IMG/VR virus record: IMGVR_UViG_3300025141_000016
Coordinates: 233,105-297,104 of that record
Strand: one strand, 5' to 3'
DNA length: 64,000 nt
The translations under genes and the position numbers were made by a program. Shown one piece after another: positions 55,404-63,400 of this stretch. Numbering within the stretch: the stretch's first letter is position 1; each line of letters starts with the position of its first letter. The notes below the pieces were generated by a model. The model was not told the origin of the DNA. It searched no databases and saw nothing but the letters and a program-made list of their open reading frames with translations.

Positions 55404-56911
55404 ACTTTACTGCCTCTACCTTACGTCTTGCGTCCCTGCGGGTTGCCTTTCACCACCTCAATGCTGAATGGCACCGCATCGCGAAGCCCAAATACTTGAA
55501 GACGCTTGATTGGATGCTGGGGTTGATCCGGTCCTTCGACAAGGACGGCTACCAGATTTCTGCCGACCTCTCCAATAGGAACATGCTGCGCCGGGTCATT
55601 CGTATGAGGCAAGCGGTTCAGGATGGGTTCGATCTTGCCCTGCTCATCGAAAATGACGAGATCATGGAGGGGGCTGGAGCCAAGGCTATGGGGCGGCTCC
55701 AGAAAGCTGTGAAGGAGCAGGCTCAACTCCAGCCCACCGATACCGATCTTGCTGCGTTTGTGAAGACCTACGCAGACAAGGAGGACGGTGCGCGGCGTAC
55801 CCAAGGGGAGTTTTTCAAGAAGCTGATTGCCAAAGAACTGGAACTTGGGAAAGAGGAAGTCGCCAACATGGATACGCTCGTGATGAGCGACAGGCCATTC
55901 TTTGATGCGTGCTTCAATGTCGTCAACCAGTACGTCAATGCACGGAAGAACAGGGTGGCTTCAGCCCTGTCGTCGGCTCCCGGTGAGTTCAAGATGCGGG
56001 ACAAGGCAAACACCTCAACGTGGAACAAGAGTCGGAGGGGGAAGAAACCACGCGCTTTCTACTATCTGGGTGACCTCTTGGGGTGTATGTCCGTCACCAC
56101 TTCTATCCCTGACATGGCTCATGCGTGTGAGGTGGCACAGTCTTCCATCAAGATCATCGCCAAGGACAATAAGTACCTCGATACGCAGGGTGGCTACAAC
56201 GCCGTCCACTACGCGCTCCTCGTTGACAAACTCGTCGTGGAGTATCAGGTGAAGGCGAAGGTGAGTGCCATGGAGGCTGCTATCTCCCATGATCTTGTCC
56301 ATGACGACGACAAGTTCCGGGCGAAGTTCAAGCCTACAACGAGCGCCCCCGAGGGTCGTATCCCTCTGTCTTCCGCCGAGAAAGACATGGTAAAGCGTGT
56401 GATAGACATTTCCACGCAACTCACCATGCGGGACTTTGAGCAGGCGTTTGACCTCGGGCTGATGACAGGGGGGCAGCCTATTGACCCCACCGATCTCCTT
56501 TATGGTGAAGGCTTGTCTCCCGAAGAACTCAAAGAGCGCATCCACATGGCCAGCCTCCGCATGGCTCGGTACTACCGTTTCTGGGAACCCCGGTTCGGTG
56601 GGGCCAAGGTGGGCGGCCATGACCCCTACGAGTTCTACGAGGGGATCTCTCCGCAACACCCGCCCCCAGGTGGCTGGGCGAAGTGGGAGGCCGAGGAGAA
56701 ACGGGAGGCCGAGCGGAAGGAGAAGAAGCTGCACAAGGACGTGGCCCAGTGGATGCGTCGGAACGCGAGGGGCAAGAACATCTACGAACTCATCGACGCA
56801 GCGGTCATGCACTTCGGCCTCCGTCGGCCCGATGGCTATGCCTACGATGGCGGCGAAGGCCCGAGGTGGGTCCACGTCCTGGCCGACAAATACCACAGAC
56901 CCTACGACTGA
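55400..56911 (+). CDS. RelA/SpoT-like nucleotidyltransferase (small alarmone synthetase-like) with tag-B-like leader
   Basis: RDKANTSTWNK (RxKxxxSxxxK), DLLG, GYNAVH, EYQVK, AAISH. Confidence 0.7.
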   Translation: MNFTASTLRLASLRVAFHHLNAEWHRIAKPKYLKTLDWMLGLIRSFDKDGYQISADLSNRNMLRRVIRMRQAVQDGFDLALLIENDEIMEGAGAKAMGRLQKAVKEQAQLQPTDTDLAAFVKTYADKEDGARRTQGEFFKKLIAKELELGKEEVANMDTLVMSDRPFFDACFNVVNQYVNARKNRVASALSSAPGEFKMRDKANTSTWNKSRRGKKPRAFYYLGDLLGCMSVTTSIPDMAHACEVAQSSIKIIAKDNKYLDTQGGYNAVHYALLVDKLVVEYQVKAKVSAMEAAISHDLVHDDDKFRAKFKPTTSAPEGRIPLSSAEKDMVKRVIDISTQLTMRDFEQAFDLGLMTGGQPIDPTDLLYGEGLSPEELKERIHMASLRMARYYRFWEPRFGGAKVGGHDPYEFYEGISPQHPPPGGWAKWEAEEKREAERKEKKLHKDVAQWMRRNARGKNIYELIDAAVMHFGLRRPDGYAYDGGEGPRWVHVLADKYHRPYD

Positions 56912-56936
56912 CTTGAAGACCCCCGTAGGGTTAGGT

Positions 56937-56951
56937 CGGTAGGGAGGCTAT
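56937..56951 (+). promoter_or_regulatory. Class I motif
   Basis: CGGTAG-ggagg-CTAT, before 56977. Confidence 0.75.
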
Positions 56952-56976
56952 GATCTCACAGGGATAGAGGTGTTGT

Positions 56977-57558
56977 ATGTCCAAAGTCGTTTCAGCCCAG
57001 GCCCCCTTCACGATGATTGTGGCCACTCTCACGCAGGGTAGCGACCCTTCATTGGGGCCTGCGGGCAACCCGAATGTCTCCCGGCAGACTGTCACCATGC
57101 AGTATTTCCCCGAGATCCCTGTCCCTGGTGGTCCGAACACCAACAACATCCCGTCTGCGAAGGGGGTCACTACCCATCTGGGGAACCTTGCGTACCCTGG
57201 TGCTGGGGGTGCTGTCCGAGCAACGGGAACGATTACGGTTGCGAGTGCCACCTTTCAGGGGCCGACCTCGATTCTCTTGGGGGAGTACATCATCACCTCG
57301 GATGAGCACTACACGGTTGATCCTGTCAGCGTGAACAACACGGCCACTGCGCTTGCCGCAGCCATCGACGCACTCCCAGAATACGCGGCTACCCCAGCGG
57401 GAGCCGTTGTGTCGATCAGTGGGCTTATCGGACCCCAGGGGAACATGGAAGTCTTCCGGTCAGTTGGTGTGAGTCCTGCCAACTTCACCCTGGCTCCGAC
57501 GGGTGGGGTCATGTCTGGAGCCGAGCCGGTTATCGGACCTATCACTTCAACGCCGTAG
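56977..57558 (+). CDS. Probable virion protein sharing a module with the tail sheath
   Basis: ATGTITV..TATALAAAI..GAVVSI matches a sheath insert; class I promoter. Confidence 0.6.
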   Translation: MSKVVSAQAPFTMIVATLTQGSDPSLGPAGNPNVSRQTVTMQYFPEIPVPGGPNTNNIPSAKGVTTHLGNLAYPGAGGAVRATGTITVASATFQGPTSILLGEYIITSDEHYTVDPVSVNNTATALAAAIDALPEYAATPAGAVVSISGLIGPQGNMEVFRSVGVSPANFTLAPTGGVMSGAEPVIGPITSTP

Positions 57559-57566
57559 GGGGGACC

Positions 57567-58256
57567 ATGGGAGCGAAGATGCGCCAGAGCAGGGCCGACC
57601 GTGAGTATATCCTTGGCGCTCTCCCCTCTGGGGTTCGGCGGGTTCAGGTTATCGACGGGTCGGGAAAGCAGGTTTACAAGCGGCCTGATGACGTGGACCT
57701 CATGGCTGATGAGATCGTCCTTTCCAATGACGGCTCCCCCATCGTCATGCGAGGCAAGCCAGGACGGAAGCCCAAGTCACAGTTGGTTCCTGTGAGCCCA
57801 CAGGTTGCGGAAGTGAGCAAGGCTCGGGGCGAACACATCGACCATGACCTCCTGCGTCGTGAGGCCGAGAAAGACGCGGAAGGCGATGGGGTCATCAACC
57901 GTTTGATCCTGGCGATGGCCGAGGAAGCGGCTGCCATCGAGTTTGAGCGAGAGGAAGCTGGTCGTCATGGCCAGGACACCACGAACCACTCCGCGAAAAG
58001 GGCTCGTATCCTCAAAGGGATGGCAGACACTTGGTTGAAGCGCAAGCAAACCATGGAAGGGGGTATTGTCGATCTGGACAGCCCTGCTTTCCAGGGCTTG
58101 TTCTCCTTCATCTTGGAGACATTCAAGGAAGCGATGACCGAGGTTGGCTCGCGTCCCGAGTTCGTTGAGACAGTTTTTACGAAGTTGGTCGTTGTGCTGG
58201 CAGATGATCCCTGGAAACAGGAGGCCAAGGCCCGGATGCGGGATAAACTCCGGTGA
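57567..58256 (+). CDS. Hypothetical helical protein
   Basis: ORF in the late operon. Confidence 0.65.
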   Translation: MGAKMRQSRADREYILGALPSGVRRVQVIDGSGKQVYKRPDDVDLMADEIVLSNDGSPIVMRGKPGRKPKSQLVPVSPQVAEVSKARGEHIDHDLLRREAEKDAEGDGVINRLILAMAEEAAAIEFEREEAGRHGQDTTNHSAKRARILKGMADTWLKRKQTMEGGIVDLDSPAFQGLFSFILETFKEAMTEVGSRPEFVETVFTKLVVVLADDPWKQEAKARMRDKLR

Positions 58257-58264
58257 GGTGAACG

Positions 58265-59671
58265 GTGCCAACCAATGTAGTCAAGACACCAGCCGATGAG
58301 AAGAAGTGGGAGAAGGCCAAGGCCCGTGCGAAAGAGCAGGGGAAGGCCGAGAACTATGCCTACATCATGGGCATCTACAAGCAGATGAACCCCGAGAGGT
58401 TCAAGTCAGCCCAGCGGGTCACCGCCCGGTTTCGCGATGAGGACTATGTAGACCTGCTCCAGAGGAAAATCTCCCTAAAGGAGTTCCTCAAAAAGCACCC
58501 CAAGATCAAAGCAGTTGACACCCAACGACTCGATGCCCTGCCGGAAAGCGGATTGTCCAGAGGGTACGACTACGATTGCTTTGTCCATGCAGAACTGCGA
58601 GCCGTCCAGTTGAGCGAAGCCAAATCCTACCGAGAGGTAGACTGGGAACCCATCGGACTCGACGGTGCCGGGGCCAACCCACCCAGAGGAGCCGGGATCC
58701 CGTGGAGTGAGGCCAAGAAAGGGGACTGGGTTCGGTGGCCCGGACTCGGAGGCCATCACGGCGTGGTCATTGACCCCAACCGGAAGATTGTAGAGAGTTG
58801 TTGGGGCTACAAAGGCACCGTGTTCCAGCACCCGGTTGACTACCATCCCTACGGAGGCGGTGGTGAGGTTTTCCCCGTGCGCCCCAAAGTATCAGCCCAG
58901 CGGGTCGCCGCCAGATACGCAGCACAGCTTCCTTTGATGGACCCCCTCTACAACCTGCGGGAAGCCGCCAAGGAACTGCTCTTGCTGGAGGACCATCTGG
59001 GTCATGCCCAGAAGCACTGTCCTGACTGCATCCGTAAACATCTGCTCACCACGGAGGCACTGCTTGAAGAAGCAGTGCGCCTCGACACAGAAGGGGAGAT
59101 GTTGGGGTTGCTCTCACCGCTTCCGGCACAGGTACGGGAACTGTGGACAGCCTATCAAGATGGTCGCCCGGAGCATGAGATCGGGCAAGCCGCCCGTGTT
59201 TTGCGTAAGGGACTCGTAGAGGCTTCCGCCGATGTTCGTGTGGCTGCCCAGGCTGCAAAGCAGGGGAAGTATGCCTACATCATGGGGATCTACAAGGGCA
59301 TGAACCCCAAGGCTTCTGCTTCTAAGGTTGCTGTACGGTACTTGACGGCTCGGATGTCTTCAAAGATACGAAGAGCCATAGCGAAGTGGTACAAGAAAGA
59401 GAAATACACTTCGGAGCTTTATCCTGGATCCTACAAGCACAAGTGGAACAAGGAAAACCACCCGGATGTCTTGGAGAAGCGATTCAACAAGATGTATCGG
59501 GGTTTCGGAGGGGACCAGAGAGAACACTTCGCAACCAAGGTGTTGGACTACTACGAACACCCAAGCTGGGCTCGGGGGTACGAAATCTTGGCGCAAGCGT
59601 GGGAAGATACGGATCGCTACTTCAACGAACCGGTGGAAGATCCAGACCCTTACGACGAGGAGGACTACTAA
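58265..59671 (+). CDS. Tag-B polyprotein including an NlpC/P60-papain-like domain
   Basis: Three tag-B copies, duplicated YAYIMGIYKxMNP, domain paralogous to 12075..13097. Confidence 0.75.
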   Translation: MPTNVVKTPADEKKWEKAKARAKEQGKAENYAYIMGIYKQMNPERFKSAQRVTARFRDEDYVDLLQRKISLKEFLKKHPKIKAVDTQRLDALPESGLSRGYDYDCFVHAELRAVQLSEAKSYREVDWEPIGLDGAGANPPRGAGIPWSEAKKGDWVRWPGLGGHHGVVIDPNRKIVESCWGYKGTVFQHPVDYHPYGGGGEVFPVRPKVSAQRVAARYAAQLPLMDPLYNLREAAKELLLLEDHLGHAQKHCPDCIRKHLLTTEALLEEAVRLDTEGEMLGLLSPLPAQVRELWTAYQDGRPEHEIGQAARVLRKGLVEASADVRVAAQAAKQGKYAYIMGIYKGMNPKASASKVAVRYLTARMSSKIRRAIAKWYKKEKYTSELYPGSYKHKWNKENHPDVLEKRFNKMYRGFGGDQREHFATKVLDYYEHPSWARGYEILAQAWEDTDRYFNEPVEDPDPYDEEDY

Positions 59672-60033
59672 TGGCTGCAACCCCCTATGCCTACAACGCC
59701 TATGTCGTATCGGTTTACGATGGTGACACCATCACCGTCATTCTCGATATGGGAATGGGGGTGCAGAAGAAAGCCAAATGTCGAATGTACGGCATCGACA
59801 CCCCGGAAATCCGTGGCAAGACGGTTCGAGAAAAGACCGCAGCCAAAGTCGCCAGGGATCGCTTGCGAGAGCTCGTCAACGAGAAGACGGTACTCATCCA
59901 GTCCCTTACCAAGCCCGACAAGTACGGAAGGCTGCTGGTAAAAGTGTGGATCGATGACACCTACATCAACGACCTTCTAATCGAAGAAGGGTTGGCGAGA
60001 GCCTACGATGGTGGAAAGAAGAGTCCTTGGTAG
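59671..60033 (+). CDS. Thermonuclease (SNase-like)
   Basis: VYDGDTI, RMYGIDTPE, DKYGRLL, EGLA; TAATG-coupled start. Confidence 0.9.
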   Translation: MAATPYAYNAYVVSVYDGDTITVILDMGMGVQKKAKCRMYGIDTPEIRGKTVREKTAAKVARDRLRELVNEKTVLIQSLTKPDKYGRLLVKVWIDDTYINDLLIEEGLARAYDGGKKSPW

Positions 60034-60326
60034 ACCCTAATGGATACCTGGAACTCGAATCCAAAAGCGCGGATGTGCAACCAGTGCAACCCACAATCCT
60101 TCGGGAATAGTCGCGCCGCGACCAAGTGCGATTAAGACGGACAAGTAAGTAAACGCCTCATCTTCATCGAGCCTGAGGTTCCGTTTTTCCATCCATGTTT
60201 GAGCGGTAGAATCCATGAGAAGGCAAGCCCCTCCCATAAATCTAACACAAAACCCCCCTGTTTGCGAAACAGTTTCCTGTTCGCACAAACTAAGGGGCAA
60301 AGTTTCCCCCAAAAGGGGCAAAAGTT

Positions 60327-60509
60327 TTAGCTGTTTCGGGCTTCCAAAACACCTTTCCGTACACCGTCCATCGACTTCTTGATGGTCATGGCGACTTTAC
60401 GGATACGTGTGCCGGGAGCTCCGGCCATACCCTTGTCCACCTTTTCGGCATCGGCCTTCAATGCTTGAAGGGCTTCGATGGCAGCCTCGATTTGTTCTGA
60501 AACATTCAT
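60327..60509 (-). CDS. Histone H1/Hc1-like small nucleoid protein
   Basis: DAEK..KG..A.GTRIRK pattern; GGAGGAG RBS; class II motif upstream. Confidence 0.6.
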   Translation of the reverse strand: MNVSEQIEAAIEALQALKADAEKVDKGMAGAPGTRIRKVAMTIKKSMDGVRKGVLEARNS

Positions 60510-60550
60510 GTCTATTCTCCTCCCCAATGGGGTTTGGTTATGGTTGATAA

Positions 60551-60577
60551 TACCGAACGATGAAGCATAGGAACCCC
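60551..60577 (-). promoter_or_regulatory. Class II motif
   Basis: GGGGT-N17-CGGTA, before 60509. Confidence 0.65.
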
Positions 60578-60871
60578 CTATGCTTCCCCAATGGCTTCTT
60601 CGTTAAGAACACACCCGATAAAGGTGTCCAACAATTCTCGGAGTCGAACCATCTCGGTCAAGGGCATCCGTCGGAGATCATGCACCGTATTTTCGGGCAA
60701 GACCAAGAAGTGAACCCCAGCTTCATCTGCGTTTTCTTCCAGGACATGTTGAAGAAATGCACGTCGCTCATCGGAAAGTCCTTCACACACCTCAACAAGC
60801 ACCAAATCTCCTTCCTGAACCTTGACAGGAAGAATGTTGGATACCTCATTGACTCGTGTGGGTGGGCTCAT
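60578..60871 (-). CDS. Hypothetical protein
   Basis: ATGA-coupled to the actin-like gene. Confidence 0.6.
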   Translation of the reverse strand: MSPPTRVNEVSNILPVKVQEGDLVLVEVCEGLSDERRAFLQHVLEENADEAGVHFLVLPENTVHDLRRMPLTEMVRLRELLDTFIGCVLNEEAIGEA

Positions 60872-61872
60872 TCTTCGTACTCTTGAACAGCTTGAATGAG
60901 CAATCCTTGAGCAACCGCGTTCAATGGATCACCCGCTTGACGGATTTCTGAGATCTCAAATGGGAACTTCCGCTTCTTCTTAGCGAAGACCTTCTCAAAG
61001 AACGGTAGGAAGTTTCCAGCCATCGAAGTGCCGCCACTCACAATAATCGGGATTGGTTTGGGGAGGGCGAAACGATCCTTGATCTTGATGAATTCCTTGG
61101 CCACCTGATCAATACAGTATTCAACCAAGCTCTTGTAATAGAGCACCAGTGCTTCTTCTTCCCGATTCTGAGGGTCTATAAGGTCAATGCCTTTTTCCTT
61201 CGTAGCGCACATGCGGCTCTTTGTTGAACCCATTGCTTTAGCAGCCCCAGCATCGATCCAATCCCCACCCCGAGCCACCGAAAAGGACATACCTTCCACT
61301 CCGGAAACACTCAGGGCGATGTTGCACATACCCGAACCGAAGCTGATACCCAGACCGGAAAAGCCTTCGGCGGCTGTTTCTGAATAGATGATGGCCATCG
61401 CTTCGTTGGAAGGGTAAGCCTCATAGCCGCACTCTTCTACAATTCGTTCGAAGACCCCTTGATGGTAAACCACATCCCGATCCGCATCCACAGGAGCGGC
61501 AGGCACGCTGAAGAAGCAAATCTCGTTCGCTTCTGCCGGTTCCCCCAAAACATTCTTTACCAGGACACCAAGTACGGAAAGAGCATCCATCTCGCCGGCT
61601 GCCACCAAACCTTGTGACAGGGGGCGGCGCGCTTCACGACCGAACACATTCGCCATTTCCATAGCGGCATCGCCTACGACGATGATTCCATCATCGCCAT
61701 GGTCAATGAACTGAACCCCGCTAAGCTTCAGCATCTTTTTCGCTCCGGAGTCCAAATCCAGAAAAGCATCCCGAATACGGGAAGTTTCGACTTTGGTTCC
61801 CTTACGGCGCGCCGAAACCAAATTCATAGTTCCGACATCCAAACCTACACCTAATGTCTTTTTACCAGCCAT
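60868..61872 (-). CDS. Actin-like ATPase (MreB/MamK superfamily)
   Basis: GLDVGT (phosphate 1), NEAMA, SFGSG (phosphate 2), IIVSGGTS (adenosine), PLNAVAQG. Confidence 0.85.
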   Translation of the reverse strand: MAGKKTLGVGLDVGTMNLVSARRKGTKVETSRIRDAFLDLDSGAKKMLKLSGVQFIDHGDDGIIVVGDAAMEMANVFGREARRPLSQGLVAAGEMDALSVLGVLVKNVLGEPAEANEICFFSVPAAPVDADRDVVYHQGVFERIVEECGYEAYPSNEAMAIIYSETAAEGFSGLGISFGSGMCNIALSVSGVEGMSFSVARGGDWIDAGAAKAMGSTKSRMCATKEKGIDLIDPQNREEEALVLYYKSLVEYCIDQVAKEFIKIKDRFALPKPIPIIVSGGTSMAGNFLPFFEKVFAKKKRKFPFEISEIRQAGDPLNAVAQGLLIQAVQEYEE

Positions 61873-61882
61873 ATTGACACCC

Positions 61883-62521
61883 CTATTTCTTGGAAGACTT
61901 GCGCAACGCCTTCAAAGCTTTGGCCGCTTCATCCAAGCCTCCCGAAGAAGAAGTGGAGGAATTGATGTCCAATTCCGAAGCGTCGTCTTGAACAATACCC
62001 GTAGGAATAAAGACAGGTTCTTCCGGTCCTGCTGAAGCAAAATTGGTTCCCCCCATCCCTTGTGAAGACAATGCGGCTGCGACTGCTCGCTGAATCTTCG
62101 TTTCCAAGTCCTCCTGGGGTGCTGCGGGTGCGACTTGTTGAAGCACTTGTTGAACAACCGTGTCTGCGACCAAGGCGGCCGCCTTGGTCGCAGCTTGTGC
62201 AGCCAAGGCTTCTGCTTCTTGCGGTGACATACCACCAGCTTGGGGCTTTGGTGCCGCTTGGTTGTTGCCGAAGGGCTTTTGCATCCCTCCTTTGTTGGGG
62301 CGGCTCAAACGACCAGCCCGATAGGGAACTCTGGGGGGATCTTTAGACATGGCACACCTCTTTCCAGTTGAAACCTTCAGCTTCCCGATACGAACCAACT
62401 GTGCAAGGCACATAGATTTGCGTGCTACATCCATTTCCACCCAAGTAGGGGTGCCTGGGATAACTCTAATTTTCAGGTCTTCGATGAAGATGGGTTCGGT
62501 TGATTCAATTCTCGTTTTCAT
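61883..62521 (-). CDS. Hypothetical protein
   Basis: Coupled ORF with a low-complexity middle. Confidence 0.65.
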   Translation of the reverse strand: MKTRIESTEPIFIEDLKIRVIPGTPTWVEMDVARKSMCLAQLVRIGKLKVSTGKRCAMSKDPPRVPYRAGRLSRPNKGGMQKPFGNNQAAPKPQAGGMSPQEAEALAAQAATKAAALVADTVVQQVLQQVAPAAPQEDLETKIQRAVAAALSSQGMGGTNFASAGPEEPVFIPTGIVQDDASELDINSSTSSSGGLDEAAKALKALRKSSKK

Positions 62522-63060
62522 AAAGGACTGGTCTCCTTCAGCATCGGCAAAACAATCTCATTACGAATGATTGCGGCTGCGTTCTCACGCCCTCTTTTCA
62601 CCCCTTTAGAGAGGAAGTTGTACTTCGCAAACCCTGGGTGGATCCACGCATCTTCCGTTTGAAGGGGGGCTGTACGGAGAATGGTTTCCCCGGAAGAAGT
62701 GATGATCGGAACTATTTTTACCTTGGGCTGTTTCAACCAGGTCATTTCGTAGGGGGCTTTCCCTTCCTCAAAAGCCTTTGCGAAAGGCCAGTCGGTTTCA
62801 ATTTCCACCGTTCGTGCCCCTCGAATTTTGAACTGAAAGGACTCTATAAATTCCGGGGAAACGGGCAAAGACCTGGGACTCCCCCGACCTTTCATAGAAG
62901 CGGCAAGGGCGATTGACCGACGAATCTCGTATCGGACACCTTCCAATACGGCAACACCGAGCTTTTGCATTATCGCAGGGGTAATCTCTATCTTCTTGCC
63001 CGCTAACTTAGACCAAGGAGTTGCATACACCCCGCGCACTCGAACATATTCATCACCCAT
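62518..63060 (-). CDS. Probable neck/tail-completion-type protein
   Basis: FEEGKAPYEM..RTAP..WIHPG..FL pattern; context. Confidence 0.5.
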   Translation of the reverse strand: MGDEYVRVRGVYATPWSKLAGKKIEITPAIMQKLGVAVLEGVRYEIRRSIALAASMKGRGSPRSLPVSPEFIESFQFKIRGARTVEIETDWPFAKAFEEGKAPYEMTWLKQPKVKIVPIITSSGETILRTAPLQTEDAWIHPGFAKYNFLSKGVKRGRENAAAIIRNEIVLPMLKETSPL

Positions 63061-63400
63061 AGATCACCTCTATCGCAAACTTGATCAGGGTGACTGTGAT
63101 GCCTGTAATAGACAACCCAAGTCCTATGTTGGCTCTCGTTTGTGCTTGATCTGCCCGTTCCCCAGCAGCTTTGGCCTTTTCGAAAGCTTCCCCCAGGTTG
63201 TCCCTTTTGATCTTGTAATCAAAGTGGTCCATCGAGTGCATACCAGGAATCCGTTCAAAGAAATCCCCACACTCCCGCTCTTCCCAGACATCGGTATCTA
63301 TCAACCGAATCTGATACCAGATGCACACCCCTGCGTACTTCTTTTCATGGTGCCCATCCGGATACTGGTTCCACAACCCACAACGCCCACATCTCGCCAT
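63053..63400 (-). CDS. Small Cys-rich protein with C-terminal TM helix
   Basis: Start ATG 63400 (TAATG overlap); CGRC..C..C; hydrophobic end. Confidence 0.6.
   Translation of the reverse strand: MARCGRCGLWNQYPDGHHEKKYAGVCIWYQIRLIDTDVWEERECGDFFERIPGMHSMDHFDYKIKRDNLGEAFEKAKAAGERADQAQTRANIGLGLSITGITVTLIKFAIEVIYG

Noticed and set aside
57567-58256. Possible terminase small subunit
   Set aside because: Helical and late, but no diagnostic motif and no large subunit next to it.
60037-60321. 94-aa minus-strand ORF
   Set aside because: Uncertain start and no motif; not listed as a gene, though a short product is possible.
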